In this document: positions 10,390 through 20,642 of the stretch, piece by piece
Position numbering within the stretch: position 1 is the stretch's first letter
How the letters are laid out: each line of letters begins with the position of its first letter
Assembly: GCA_944363575.1 (NCBI GenBank)
Contig: CALVUJ010000021.1
Span: 18,226-82,225 of the forward strand
Source: an uncultured Bacilli bacterium
GTDB taxonomy: Bacteria; Bacillota_I; Bacilli_A; RFN20; DUOF01
Direction: 5' to 3'
DNA length: 64,000 nucleotides
Program-made: the position numbers and the translations under genes
The notes under the pieces: model-generated
The model's database searches: none
Told to the model about the DNA's origin: nothing
What the model saw: the letters and a program-made list of their open reading frames with translations, nothing else

Positions 10390-12056
10390 TAAAATAACCC
10401 CTCAATCTTTCCTTCACTATTAATATTTATTTTAGTCGCCGTAGGTACTCTAGGTAACCCTGGCATGGTCATAATATCACCTGTAAGGACTACAGCAAAC
10501 CTAACACCATTAGAAATTCTTACTTCTTTAACATGAATCGTAAAATTTTCCGGCCTTCCAATAAGTTTTTCATCATCGCTTAAAGAAAATGGTGTTTTAG
10601 CCATACATACTAAAAGATTTTTGTTTAGCCCTGATTTAGTTAAAAAATCAATATTTTCTAAAGCTTCTTTAGAAAATTCAAGTTCTTTTGCACCATATAT
10701 TTGTTTACAAATCGTTTCTATTTTCTTTTCTAAATTATCTTTAATATCATACAAATAAGTAAATTTAGAATTATCCTTTTCACATAATTCAATGACTTTT
10801 TTAGTTAAAGATATTGCACCTTGTCCGCCTTTAGCAAAACCCTCACACAGCTCTACTTCATAACCATTTTGTTTACACCAATTAGTTAAATAAGAAATCT
10901 CTTTATCCGTATCGCTAAAAAACTTATTAATAGCTATCACACATGGCAAATGATATTTTTGAATATTTTCTATATGTTTTACTAAATTAGGAATTCCTCT
11001 TTTTAAAGCATCAATATCTTCTTTATCTATATCTTCCTTTAAAATACCACCATGCATTTTTAAAGCCCTAATTGTCACTACTAAAACAACGGCATTTGGT
11101 TTAAGGTTACCTTCCCTACATTTAATATCAAAAAATTTCTCTGCACCTAGATCTGCCCCAAAACCTGCTTCAGTAATACAATAATCCGCTAATTTTAAAC
11201 CCATTTTAGTAGCAATTAAAGAATTACAACCATGAGCAATATTGGCAAATGGCCCACCATGAATTAAAACAGGATTATTTTCTAGTGTTTGTACTAAATT
11301 AGGCTTAATTGCATCCATCATCAAAACTTTTAAAGAACCCACTATTTTTAAATCTTTTACTTTAACAACTTTATTATCATAAGTATAAGCTACAATAGCT
11401 TCACCTATACGATAAGCAAAATCATCTAAATCTTTACACAAACATAAAATAGCCATTACTTCACTAGCCACCGTAATATTAAAATTATCTTCTCTTTTAA
11501 TTCCTTTACCAACATCAACTTCTACTTTTCTTAAAGAACGATCATTTAAATCCATACATCTTTTCCAAACAATTCTTTTTGGATCTATGTTTAGTTCATT
11601 ACCAAAATATAAATGATTATCTATACACGCACTTATTAAATTATTAACACTAGTTAAAGCATGCATATCTCCAGTAAAATGTAAGTTAATATCAGACATT
11701 GGAACAACTTGAGCATAACCTCCTCCTGCTGCTCCTCCTTTTAAACCAAATACGGGTCCCATTGATGGCTCTCTTAAAGTTAAAATAGCTTTTTTTCCCA
11801 ACTTAGCAAAAGCTTCTGCTAACCCAATTGTCGTAGTCGTTTTCCCTTCTCCTGCTTTCGTAGGATTAATTGCCGTAACTAATACTAACTTTCCATCTTT
11901 TTTATCTTTTAATTTTTTCATAATATCTAAGTTTATCTTAGCTTTATATTTTCCATACATCTCTAAATATTCATCATCTATTCCTATTTCTTTAGCAATC
12001 TCACTAATAGGTCTCATTTTACATTCACTAGCTATTTCTATATCACTTTTAAACAT
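10389..12056 (-). CDS. fhs: Formate--tetrahydrofolate ligase
   Basis: TAINPTKAGEGKTTT, GGAAGGGYAQV, HGGPFANIAHGCNS, IMTMPGLP. Confidence 0.98.
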   Translation of the reverse strand: MFKSDIEIASECKMRPISEIAKEIGIDDEYLEMYGKYKAKINLDIMKKLKDKKDGKLVLVTAINPTKAGEGKTTTTIGLAEAFAKLGKKAILTLREPSMGPVFGLKGGAAGGGYAQVVPMSDINLHFTGDMHALTSVNNLISACIDNHLYFGNELNIDPKRIVWKRCMDLNDRSLRKVEVDVGKGIKREDNFNITVASEVMAILCLCKDLDDFAYRIGEAIVAYTYDNKVVKVKDLKIVGSLKVLMMDAIKPNLVQTLENNPVLIHGGPFANIAHGCNSLIATKMGLKLADYCITEAGFGADLGAEKFFDIKCREGNLKPNAVVLVVTIRALKMHGGILKEDIDKEDIDALKRGIPNLVKHIENIQKYHLPCVIAINKFFSDTDKEISYLTNWCKQNGYEVELCEGFAKGGQGAISLTKKVIELCEKDNSKFTYLYDIKDNLEKKIETICKQIYGAKELEFSKEALENIDFLTKSGLNKNLLVCMAKTPFSLSDDEKLIGRPENFTIHVKEVRISNGVRFAVVLTGDIMTMPGLPRVPTATKININSEGKIEGLF

Positions 12057-12145
12057 AGAATCACCTCTTCTTTAATTATACCGATTAATGTTAATTTATT
12101 AATCTTTTTTATATAAAAAAAAGAAACAAGTTTATTGTTTCTCTT

Positions 12146-12577
12146 TTACAAAGATTTATCTACGTTTTTATTATTTATTTTCTTTTTCAAATTAGCTACT
12201 TTTAATCGGTTTTTCTTTGTTAGCTCTAACGCATTTGTCTTATCATTAGCTCCAAAATAAATTGTAACGACATATTTATTACCCATTTGCCTATTCTTCT
12301 CTAAACTATAACCTTTAATTTTTTTATTCCCATTAGCAAACTCAATAGAGTCATAACCATTATCTCTACACTTATAAGGATCAATAATATTGCAATAATA
12401 ACTATCTATACCTCTTTGATCTGTAACTTTATTATAGTATTTTTCTAGCACCTTTCTTTGCTTAGCACTTATTCCCTCTATTGAAGGACATACCGCAAAA
12501 GGAACGATACCATCATTAATATATTTTTCTAAATCCTTAGATTCTATTACACTCATCATAATTTTCATCTTAACCAA
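12146..12577 (-). CDS. Hypothetical protein
   Basis: 143-aa ORF with RBS and its own promoter; no motif recognised. Confidence 0.65.
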   Translation of the reverse strand: MVKMKIMMSVIESKDLEKYINDGIVPFAVCPSIEGISAKQRKVLEKYYNKVTDQRGIDSYYCNIIDPYKCRDNGYDSIEFANGNKKIKGYSLEKNRQMGNKYVVTIYFGANDKTNALELTKKNRLKVANLKKKINNKNVDKSL

Positions 12578-12591
12578 CTCCCATTATTTAA

Positions 12592-12620
12592 ATCATAACA
12601 TTTAATAAAACATTAAGCAA
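12592..12620 (-). promoter_or_regulatory. Sigma70-type promoter
   Basis: Minus strand TTGCTT-17 nt-TATGAT upstream of 12146-12577. Confidence 0.6.
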
Positions 12621-12638
12621 CATTTTTAAAAACATCTC

Positions 12639-13364
12639 TTATTTACTAACAACTTTTTTATAAATATAATAAGCACATAAAAAGCCTGCTACTGATGGAG
12701 TGAAAATAATACTTGATGGAGGACACTTTTCTTTTAGAGTCTCACCCTTTTCATTAACAATTACACTTTGTTTACACGAGTTTTCTTTAGAAAAAACAAC
12801 ATTAATTTTTTTCATATCTTTTTCTTTATTTTCTTTTCTTATTAGTTCTCTTAACTTTTTAGCAACTGGATCATAGTTGGTTTTATCTAAAGTAGTAATT
12901 TCAATTTTAGTTAAATCCTCTTTATTACCCATTCCCATACTACTTATAAAATCAATTTTATTATCTAAACATAACTTAATTAACTCATATTTGCAACTAA
13001 TCGTATCAATTGCATCTACTACATAATCTACATGTTCATTTAAAATTAAAGAAAGATTATCTTTGTTTAAAAATACATTGTATGTTTTAACATTACATTT
13101 AGGATTAATATCTAAAACTCTTTTTTTACATACTTCTACTTTATCTTTACCTAACGTTGATTCTAGTGCAATAATTTGCCTATTTATGTTAGTAATATCT
13201 ACCTGATCTTTATCTATTAAAACAAAATTCTCTACGCCTAACCTTGCAAGTGCCTCTACTGCATAAGACCCTACTCCTCCTATGCCTACCACACACACTT
13301 TAAGTTTGCTTAATTTATCACATGTTTCTTTACCAAAATATAATTCATTACGAATAAATCTCAT
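12639..13364 (-). CDS. tcdA: ThiF family tRNA threonylcarbamoyladenosine dehydratase (TcdA-like)
   Basis: VGIGGVGS, DITNINRQ, VVDAID, SSMGMGNK, DPVAK. Confidence 0.85.
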   Translation of the reverse strand: MRFIRNELYFGKETCDKLSKLKVCVVGIGGVGSYAVEALARLGVENFVLIDKDQVDITNINRQIIALESTLGKDKVEVCKKRVLDINPKCNVKTYNVFLNKDNLSLILNEHVDYVVDAIDTISCKYELIKLCLDNKIDFISSMGMGNKEDLTKIEITTLDKTNYDPVAKKLRELIRKENKEKDMKKINVVFSKENSCKQSVIVNEKGETLKEKCPPSSIIFTPSVAGFLCAYYIYKKVVSK

Positions 13365-14269
13365 AAGCTATCCTCCAAATAGTTAATAACGTCATTAATT
13401 GTTTCACTAAAATTATCTAAATTGACATTAAACCATTTAACATCAAATTGATTATTAAACCAAGTATATTGTCTCTTGGCATAATTCCTTGATTTCTTTT
13501 TTATTAATTCAATAGCTTCTTTATAACTTATCTCATTTTTATAATACATAAATAATTCTTTATAACCAATAGCTTGTAAAGACTTATAATTTTTATCATG
13601 ATATTTATCATATAGTTTCTTCGTTTCTTCAAGTAAACCATTATCAATCATTAAATCTACTCTTTTATCAATTCTTTTATATAATTCTTCTCTAGGTAAT
13701 GTTAAGCCAATGAAATAAGTTTCATATAATGGTTTATGTTCTTGTGCTTCTAATAGTTCACTTTTCTTCTTTTGCGTGTTTTTAATAATATTTAAAGCTC
13801 TTTCTACTCTTCTTCGATTATTTACATGTAATTTATTAGCTTCTTTGGGATCCAATTTGGTTAACAAGGCATATAACTGTTCATTGGACATAGAAGCATA
13901 TTCTTCACTACGATTACTTTCTTCTTTATTAAAAGTATAATCGTATAAACTAGCTTTTAAATAAAGCCCCGTTCCTCCTACTATTAAAGGAAGCATCTTC
14001 TTTTCTTTAAAATATGCTATTTTTTCTCTTAAATCTTGTTGATATTCATACACACTATAATCTTCTTCTATTTCTTTAAAATCTAATAGATGATGCTTTA
14101 TTCCTTCTTTTTCTTCTTCGCTTACTTTGGCACTTCCAATATCTAATTCTTTATATATTTGCACACTATCACCATTAATAATCTCAGTATGAAAATACTT
14201 GGCTAATGCGATACTTAACTTTGTTTTTCCTACTCCTGTAGGTCCTACAATTACAACTACCTTATTCAT
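13361..14269 (-). CDS. miaA: tRNA dimethylallyltransferase
   Basis: GPTGVGKT, DSVQIY, VGGTGLY, QAIGYKE, YAKRQYTW. Confidence 0.98.
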   Translation of the reverse strand: MNKVVVIVGPTGVGKTKLSIALAKYFHTEIINGDSVQIYKELDIGSAKVSEEEKEGIKHHLLDFKEIEEDYSVYEYQQDLREKIAYFKEKKMLPLIVGGTGLYLKASLYDYTFNKEESNRSEEYASMSNEQLYALLTKLDPKEANKLHVNNRRRVERALNIIKNTQKKKSELLEAQEHKPLYETYFIGLTLPREELYKRIDKRVDLMIDNGLLEETKKLYDKYHDKNYKSLQAIGYKELFMYYKNEISYKEAIELIKKKSRNYAKRQYTWFNNQFDVKWFNVNLDNFSETINDVINYLEDSL

Positions 14270-14271
14270 CC

Positions 14272-16026
14272 TTAAACCCTTTTAAACATCTTATCTAACT
14301 CATAACTATCATATACAATTAAAGTAGGTCTTCCATGAGGGCAAGTAAACGGATTATTACACGTAAACAAATTATCTAGTAATGTTTGCATTTCTTGCAT
14401 AGATAATACTTTATTAGCTTTTAGGGATGCTTTGCATGCTAAAGTAGAAATAGCTTTTAATCGCAAATCACCTATTTTAAGTCTTCCATTATTTGATAAT
14501 ACTTGCTCAATCATGTCATCTATATATTCACTAGCATTTGCCTCTTTCATCCATATTGGTATAGTAGAAACTTTATAAGAATTAATTCCAAATGGTACCA
14601 TTTCTATTCCAATGTCTTTAAAAAGACTTAAATAATCCATTAATCTTCTAGATTGAGAATTACTCATATTGACTACAATAGGCACTAATAAATCTGTATA
14701 TAACCACTTTTCTTGATCATTTAACTCTTTTTGAAATTTTTCATAGTTTATACGTTCTGCCGCAGCATGTTGATCTACTATGTACAAGGCCTTTTCATCG
14801 TAAGCTAATATATATTTAGCATGCAACTGACCAATAGGATTCAATCTAATATATTTTTTTTCTTCATTAGGAACACTTGAGAAATCAACAAAATCATTTA
14901 CTTCTTCACTATCTTCTTTTATCAAATTCTCATTAATAGCTATTTCTTCCATAAAAGATGCTTTACTATTATAAAAGGTATCTACATCTAATTCTATTTG
15001 AGCACTTTTACTACTTGGTTCACTATAAATTCTTGGAGCAATATTTTCTACTTTAAAGACTTCTCTAATCGTTTTTTCCACCAGGCTTTTCAATTCATTT
15101 TCTTTAGATAATCTAACCTCGTGTTTAGCTGGATGTACGTTAACATCTACTAAAGTAGGATCTATCTCAATGTTAATAACAGTGATAGGAAAACGATCAT
15201 CACTTAAATATGTTTTATACGCATCTATCACAGCATTAACTACACCAATCATTCTTACACATCTTCCATTTAAAATAGTAATAATAAAATTACGATTAGA
15301 TTTAGATATCCCTAATGAACTAGTATACCCACTAATTACAAAATCGTCTGTCTCTCCACTAAATTTTTTCATTTCTCTAGCTACACTTATACCATATAAA
15401 CTTGAAATAACTTCTAAAACATCTCCTCGACCTGTACTAGAAAAATTAATCTTATCATCAATATATAATGTAAAACTAATATTTGGATGTGCTAAAGATA
15501 ACTTAGAAACAATTTCATTAATATGAGATATTTCAACATTATCTGATTTTAAATATTTAAGTCTAGCTGGAGTATTATAAAATAAATTTTCTACTTTGAT
15601 GGTTGTACCTTTTCTAGAAGCACAAGTTTCCTCTTCTACAACATTGCTATTAACTAGTTTCAGTTTAGTTCCCGCTTCACCAGTACTAGTTTCAATAGTC
15701 ACATTTGCTACTGCTGCAATAGAAGGAAGAGCCTCTCCTCTAAATCCTAGTGTATGTATGTTAAATAAATCTCTTTCTTTGATAATCTTCGATGTAGCAT
15801 GTCTTTTAAAAGCTAAATGAGCATCTTCTTTGTCCATCCCTTTACCATTATCACTAACACTAATTATTTTTTTACCTGCTTCTTTAATTTTTATTTCAAT
15901 ACTAGTAGCCCCAGCATCAATAGAATTTTCCACTAACTCTTTAACAACACTTGCTGGTCTTTCAATAACCTCTCCTGCTGCAATTTTATTGGCAAGTGCC
16001 GAATCTAACACTTTAATTAGGCTCAT
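14272..16026 (-). CDS. mutL: DNA mismatch repair endonuclease MutL
   Basis: IAAGEVIERP, LGFRGEAL, DVNVHPAK, DQHAAAER, ACK, CPHGRP. Confidence 0.98.
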   Translation of the reverse strand: MSLIKVLDSALANKIAAGEVIERPASVVKELVENSIDAGATSIEIKIKEAGKKIISVSDNGKGMDKEDAHLAFKRHATSKIIKERDLFNIHTLGFRGEALPSIAAVANVTIETSTGEAGTKLKLVNSNVVEEETCASRKGTTIKVENLFYNTPARLKYLKSDNVEISHINEIVSKLSLAHPNISFTLYIDDKINFSSTGRGDVLEVISSLYGISVAREMKKFSGETDDFVISGYTSSLGISKSNRNFIITILNGRCVRMIGVVNAVIDAYKTYLSDDRFPITVINIEIDPTLVDVNVHPAKHEVRLSKENELKSLVEKTIREVFKVENIAPRIYSEPSSKSAQIELDVDTFYNSKASFMEEIAINENLIKEDSEEVNDFVDFSSVPNEEKKYIRLNPIGQLHAKYILAYDEKALYIVDQHAAAERINYEKFQKELNDQEKWLYTDLLVPIVVNMSNSQSRRLMDYLSLFKDIGIEMVPFGINSYKVSTIPIWMKEANASEYIDDMIEQVLSNNGRLKIGDLRLKAISTLACKASLKANKVLSMQEMQTLLDNLFTCNNPFTCPHGRPTLIVYDSYELDKMFKRV

Positions 16027-16051
16027 TTTAATACCTCCTGCTACTATTCTA

Positions 16052-16678
16052 TCATTTTTTTCTAGGTATTACTTCCTTTTTATAGATAATTCTTTTTTCT
16101 TCTAACATATTAATTATTTCTTGAACGTTTGTTTGTTTATCTTCTTTGGATCTTAAAGCAAAAATTAATTTATCTGGGAAAAAGAGACCTTCCGTCCATA
16201 ATTCTTCTTTTATATCACATATTTTTTGGCCATTTAATGTATGGCCAAGAGTTAAATCGATAGATATATTTTTATATAAATAACATTGTGATTGACTATT
16301 TTTAAGAGAATCATCAATTGCATTTTCTAACTCTCTTTTTCCTTGAACAAACCAAAATGTTGGGTAATATTCTTCTGGTAATTTCATTGTATTTTCAAGT
16401 ATAGTAGTCGTATATTTTATTCCTTTTTCATCTAATTTTTTTATTATTTCTTCTTCGTTTGATATTACATTCTCGAAAAAAATAATAATGCCACTATCTT
16501 TACTATAAAGGCAAGAATCATAAGGTAATCTCATTTCTTTTTTTCCATTAATACTAAATTCACAAGTACAATTTAAATACAAAGTATTATCTTTAGAATT
16601 TTTATTAATTTTTTCTAAAGCACTTTCATCATGCCTTGAAACTGACCATATATTAATAAATTTCCCCATCTCAACCAC
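16052..16678 (-). CDS. Hypothetical protein between mutS and mutL
   Basis: 208-aa ORF, same strand, short gaps to both neighbours. Confidence 0.7.
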   Translation of the reverse strand: MVEMGKFINIWSVSRHDESALEKINKNSKDNTLYLNCTCEFSINGKKEMRLPYDSCLYSKDSGIIIFFENVISNEEEIIKKLDEKGIKYTTTILENTMKLPEEYYPTFWFVQGKRELENAIDDSLKNSQSQCYLYKNISIDLTLGHTLNGQKICDIKEELWTEGLFFPDKLIFALRSKEDKQTNVQEIINMLEEKRIIYKKEVIPRKK

Positions 16679-16688
16679 CGTTTTTATT

Positions 16689-19214
16689 CTAATCTATTTT
16701 CTGCTTCAATTCAACTAAATAATTTAATGCCTCTAATGGGGTCATATTTAAAGGATCTAGACTTTTAACTTCTTTAATATATTCTGGTTCTACTTCCTTA
16801 ATAACAATTTCCTTTTTCATTGCACTAGAAGCATCATTCTTTTCTAAACTAATTAATATTTGCTTTGCCCTATCTAATAATGAATCAGGTAAATGTGCCA
16901 ACCTTGCCACATTGATACCATAGGACTTATTCGCACACCCTTCTTGTAAAGTATATAAAAAGGTTACCTTATCATTTTCCTCATGAACTGCCACATTTTT
17001 GTTAACAATTCCACTTATTTTATTTTCCAAAAAAGTTAACTCGTGATAATGCGTAGAAAATAATGTTTTAGCTTTAATATTAATTGCAATATATTCAATG
17101 ATAGACTGTGCTAAGGCCATTCCATCATAAGTAGATGTCCCTCTACCAATCTCATCAAAAATAATAAGTGAATTACTTGTCGCATTTCTTAAAGCATTAT
17201 TTGCTTCCATCATTTCCACCATAAACGTAGACTTCCCACTGACTAAATCATCACTTGCCCCAATTCTTGTAAAAATCTTATCAAACAAGCACAAATTAGC
17301 TTCTTTACTCGCCACATAGCACCCTGTTTGGGCCATGATAACGGCTAAAGCTATTTGACGCATAATGGTCGATTTTCCACCCATATTAGGTCCTGTAATA
17401 ATTTGTAAAAATCTTTCATTATCAATGTAAATATCATTTTTAACAAAGTTTTCTTTACCTACAAGTTGTTCTAAAACAGGATGTCTAATCTCTTTTAAAG
17501 AAACTATTCCCTCTTCATTAAAATTAGGCCTAGCATAACCATTATTAACGGAAACTTCCCCAAAATCACTTAAAACATCAATCATTGAAAGAATATCTGC
17601 TAAATTTTGAATATCTTCAGTTACTTCTTTAACTTTATCTCTTATCTCAATAAATAAATCATACTCTAACTTAACAATTTTTTCTTCCGCTTTTAAAATC
17701 ATATCTTCTTTTTCTTTTAACTCATTAGTTATAAATCTCTCTGCTCCTGTTAAAGTTTGTTTTCTAATATATCCATACTCATCTTTAACCATATTTAAAT
17801 AGGAATTAGTTATTTCAATATAATAGCCAAAAACCTTATTATACCCAACCTTTAAATTTTTAATTCCTGTTCGTTCCCTTTCAGTAGTTTCAATCCCAGC
17901 AATAAAACTTTTCCCATTATGAGAAATATACTTTAATTCATCTAATTCTTTATTATATCCTTCCTTAATTATACCCCCTTCTTTAATAGCTAAAGGAGGA
18001 TTATCAATGATTGCTTTATCAATTAAATCTACGATTTCTGGTAAAGTTTTTATTCTACTTGAAAGGACAAACAAATCCATTTCCCCACTATCTTTTAATA
18101 AAGTTTTAATTTCAGGAACAACACTTAATGATTTTTTTAATTGGATTAAATCTCTAGCATTAGCATTTCCATAACTAATTCTAGCTACTAATCTTTCTAA
18201 ATCATATACTTCTTTCAATAATTCAATAATTTGTTTTCTACATAAAAAGTTACTTACAAAACTATCTACTACCTTTAATCTTCCTTCAATTTCTTTTAAA
18301 TCATACAAAGGATTGTTAAGCCACCTTTTAAGCATTCTTGATCCTGCAGCAGTCTTACATTTATCTAAAATCCAAAGCAATGACCCATATCGTTCTTCGC
18401 TTCTAAGTGTTCTCGTTAATTCTAAATTATTTCTAGAATACCCATCTATTTGTAATAACTTTTCTTTATTAATAACTCTAGCTTTCTTTAAATAATCTAA
18501 GTTTCTTTTTTGAGTTTTAATTAAATAGCCTATTAGCCTATTTATTGATTTAATAGCTCTATAATCACTGATATCTTCACTTATATGTGCATACTCTTTT
18601 TCATCAGCAAGTTCTTTTTGATAAGAAATAGTTAAACGATTGTTTTCTTTAATTTTTAAAATCATCTCACTAGAAAAATCTTCACTAACAACAATCTCTT
18701 TACATTCTAAAGTATCTATTTGTCCTTTTAATGCATTATATGTTCTTTCAATACAAGAAACATTGATTTCTCCAGTAGATAAATCAACGTAACTAACAAT
18801 ATAGTTATTCCCTGTTTCTTCAACTTCAAGTAAATAGTTATTCTTTTTTTCATTTAATCCTAAATCAATCAAAGTTCCAGGAGTAATAATTTGCACTACA
18901 TCTCTTTTAACAATTCCCTTACAAGTCGCAGGATCTTCTAATTGCTCTACAATTCCTACTTTATAACCACGATCAATCAATCTTTCAATATACCCTTTAA
19001 CACTATGATAAGGAACCCCACACATAGGAACCTTTTGATCTACTCCAGCATCTCTACCAGTTAATACTAGCTCTAATTCTCTAGAAGCAATCTTTGCATC
19101 TTCAAAAAACATCTCATAGAAATCACCTAAGCGATAAAAGATTAAAGTATCTTCGTATTGTTCTTTCACTTTCAAGTATTGCATCATCATTGGTGTATAA
19201 CTTTTTTTCTCCAT
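16689..19214 (-). CDS. mutS: DNA mismatch repair protein MutS
   Basis: TPMMMQY, RLGDFYEMF, TGPNMGGKST, DEIGRGTST, STHYHEL. Confidence 0.98.
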   Translation of the reverse strand: MEKKSYTPMMMQYLKVKEQYEDTLIFYRLGDFYEMFFEDAKIASRELELVLTGRDAGVDQKVPMCGVPYHSVKGYIERLIDRGYKVGIVEQLEDPATCKGIVKRDVVQIITPGTLIDLGLNEKKNNYLLEVEETGNNYIVSYVDLSTGEINVSCIERTYNALKGQIDTLECKEIVVSEDFSSEMILKIKENNRLTISYQKELADEKEYAHISEDISDYRAIKSINRLIGYLIKTQKRNLDYLKKARVINKEKLLQIDGYSRNNLELTRTLRSEERYGSLLWILDKCKTAAGSRMLKRWLNNPLYDLKEIEGRLKVVDSFVSNFLCRKQIIELLKEVYDLERLVARISYGNANARDLIQLKKSLSVVPEIKTLLKDSGEMDLFVLSSRIKTLPEIVDLIDKAIIDNPPLAIKEGGIIKEGYNKELDELKYISHNGKSFIAGIETTERERTGIKNLKVGYNKVFGYYIEITNSYLNMVKDEYGYIRKQTLTGAERFITNELKEKEDMILKAEEKIVKLEYDLFIEIRDKVKEVTEDIQNLADILSMIDVLSDFGEVSVNNGYARPNFNEEGIVSLKEIRHPVLEQLVGKENFVKNDIYIDNERFLQIITGPNMGGKSTIMRQIALAVIMAQTGCYVASKEANLCLFDKIFTRIGASDDLVSGKSTFMVEMMEANNALRNATSNSLIIFDEIGRGTSTYDGMALAQSIIEYIAINIKAKTLFSTHYHELTFLENKISGIVNKNVAVHEENDKVTFLYTLQEGCANKSYGINVARLAHLPDSLLDRAKQILISLEKNDASSAMKKEIVIKEVEPEYIKEVKSLDPLNMTPLEALNYLVELKQKID

Positions 19215-19398
19215 TTTACCACTCCTACTTCGGTTATTTATTATAACATTTATTCATTTTATAAGAAAGATTAAAAAAGCGTAAATTTCTTAAAAAAATA
19301 AATATAATTTATACATTATTGCTACTGTGCTAAGTAAAAAAAATCTTGATAAAAGAAAAAGCTTTGTTATAATATGAATATAGTTGGGGGTTAGATAC

Positions 19399-19797
19399 AT
19401 GAGTGCTTTATTAAAAAAGAAAAAAGATGATACTATTTCAAAAAAAGATAAGAAAGGAGCAGTTTCAAAATTGAACACAAGCAATCGTTCTTCAAAGAAG
19501 GTGACTGGAGTTTCACTTCCTAAAGATTCAAAACCAAGTGAGACTAAGAAAAAAACAACGATTGTTTCCAAAAATTATAAAAAGGGCAATATGAGTATGC
19601 CAAAAAGTAGTATGCAAAATTCCACTGAAATTTATAATCTTTCTGTGATACATGATGGAAAATGGAAAGTTGTTAATAGAATTGATAGAAAAGTTCTAGG
19701 TACCTTTGATACTTCTGAAGAAGCAATTGCTTTTGGAAAAGATATTATTACTAGTCAACACAAGACAAAAAAGGCAAATACTCCAAAGAAAAGATAA
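19399..19797 (+). CDS. Basic low-complexity protein with a C-terminal DUF2188-like domain
   Basis: HDGKWKV...FDTSEEAIAFGK pattern; likely start ATG 19399. Confidence 0.6.
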   Translation: MSALLKKKKDDTISKKDKKGAVSKLNTSNRSSKKVTGVSLPKDSKPSETKKKTTIVSKNYKKGNMSMPKSSMQNSTEIYNLSVIHDGKWKVVNRIDRKVLGTFDTSEEAIAFGKDIITSQHKTKKANTPKKR

Positions 19798-19888
19798 AAA
19801 AATCATCTTTACACTTTAATTCTATAAACTTAAATTTTAAGCAAACACTACTAGTGAAATCTTAATTTATATTTGTAGAATTTTTATG

Positions 19889-19920
19889 AAAAGCTTTACG
19901 ATAATGTAAGGCTTTTTCTT
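19889..19920 (+). terminator. Intrinsic terminator
   Basis: AAAAGCTTTAC-GATAAT-GTAAGGCTTTTT hairpin with T-run. Confidence 0.6.
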
Positions 19921-20175
19921 TTTATGAAAAATAAATAATAAAATTAATTACTAGATTATCAAAATTTTAACATTATTATCAGTTCTTTTATATAGTTAAT
20001 ATTTCAGGTAACTTTTATTTTTTATGTTTTTCTTTTTCTTCTTTATAGGATAACATTTCTATATTATTGTAGATTTCTATTTTGTGTTCTCTAAAAATGT
20101 AAATTATTTAAAAACTCATTGTAAAAAAAGAAGATTTTGCTTATAATTATATTTGTTTTATGGAGGTTTGTATTT

Positions 20176-20580
20176 ATGTTTTTTTGGAAAAAGAAAAATA
20201 AAGAAGAAGAAAAGAAAAAGGTTGAAAAAGAAGTTGTTGTAGAAACTAGTGAGGAAAGAAAAGAAGTTCCCGTAAAGGGTAGTGATACTAAGAAAAAAAC
20301 AAATAAAGATACTACTAAAAAGGAAACTCCTGTAAGTGAAGAGAAAGCAACTGAAAAGAAAGCAACTAATAAAGTTTATCATGTTTCTTTAAGAAAAGAA
20401 GATGGAAAATGGCAAGTTAAATATGGTGGAGGAGAAAGAGCTATTAAATTGTTTGACACGCAAGCTGAAGCTATAGAATTTGCTAAGAAAAGAGCAGAAA
20501 GTCAAGATGGATCCATTTCTATTCATAAGAAAGATGGAAAAATTCGCAAACAAAATTATAGTAAAAAGGAAGAAAAATAA
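20176..20580 (+). CDS. DUF2188 domain protein with a charged N-terminal linker
   Basis: YHVSLRKEDGKWQVK...FDTQAEAIEFAK...IHKKDGKIR; likely start ATG 20176. Confidence 0.85.
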   Translation: MFFWKKKNKEEEKKKVEKEVVVETSEERKEVPVKGSDTKKKTNKDTTKKETPVSEEKATEKKATNKVYHVSLRKEDGKWQVKYGGGERAIKLFDTQAEAIEFAKKRAESQDGSISIHKKDGKIRKQNYSKKEEK

Positions 20581-20642
20581 TTTTAAAGTAGTATTCATAG
20601 AATATTACTTTTTTTATATATTATAGAAAAGAGGGTTATATA

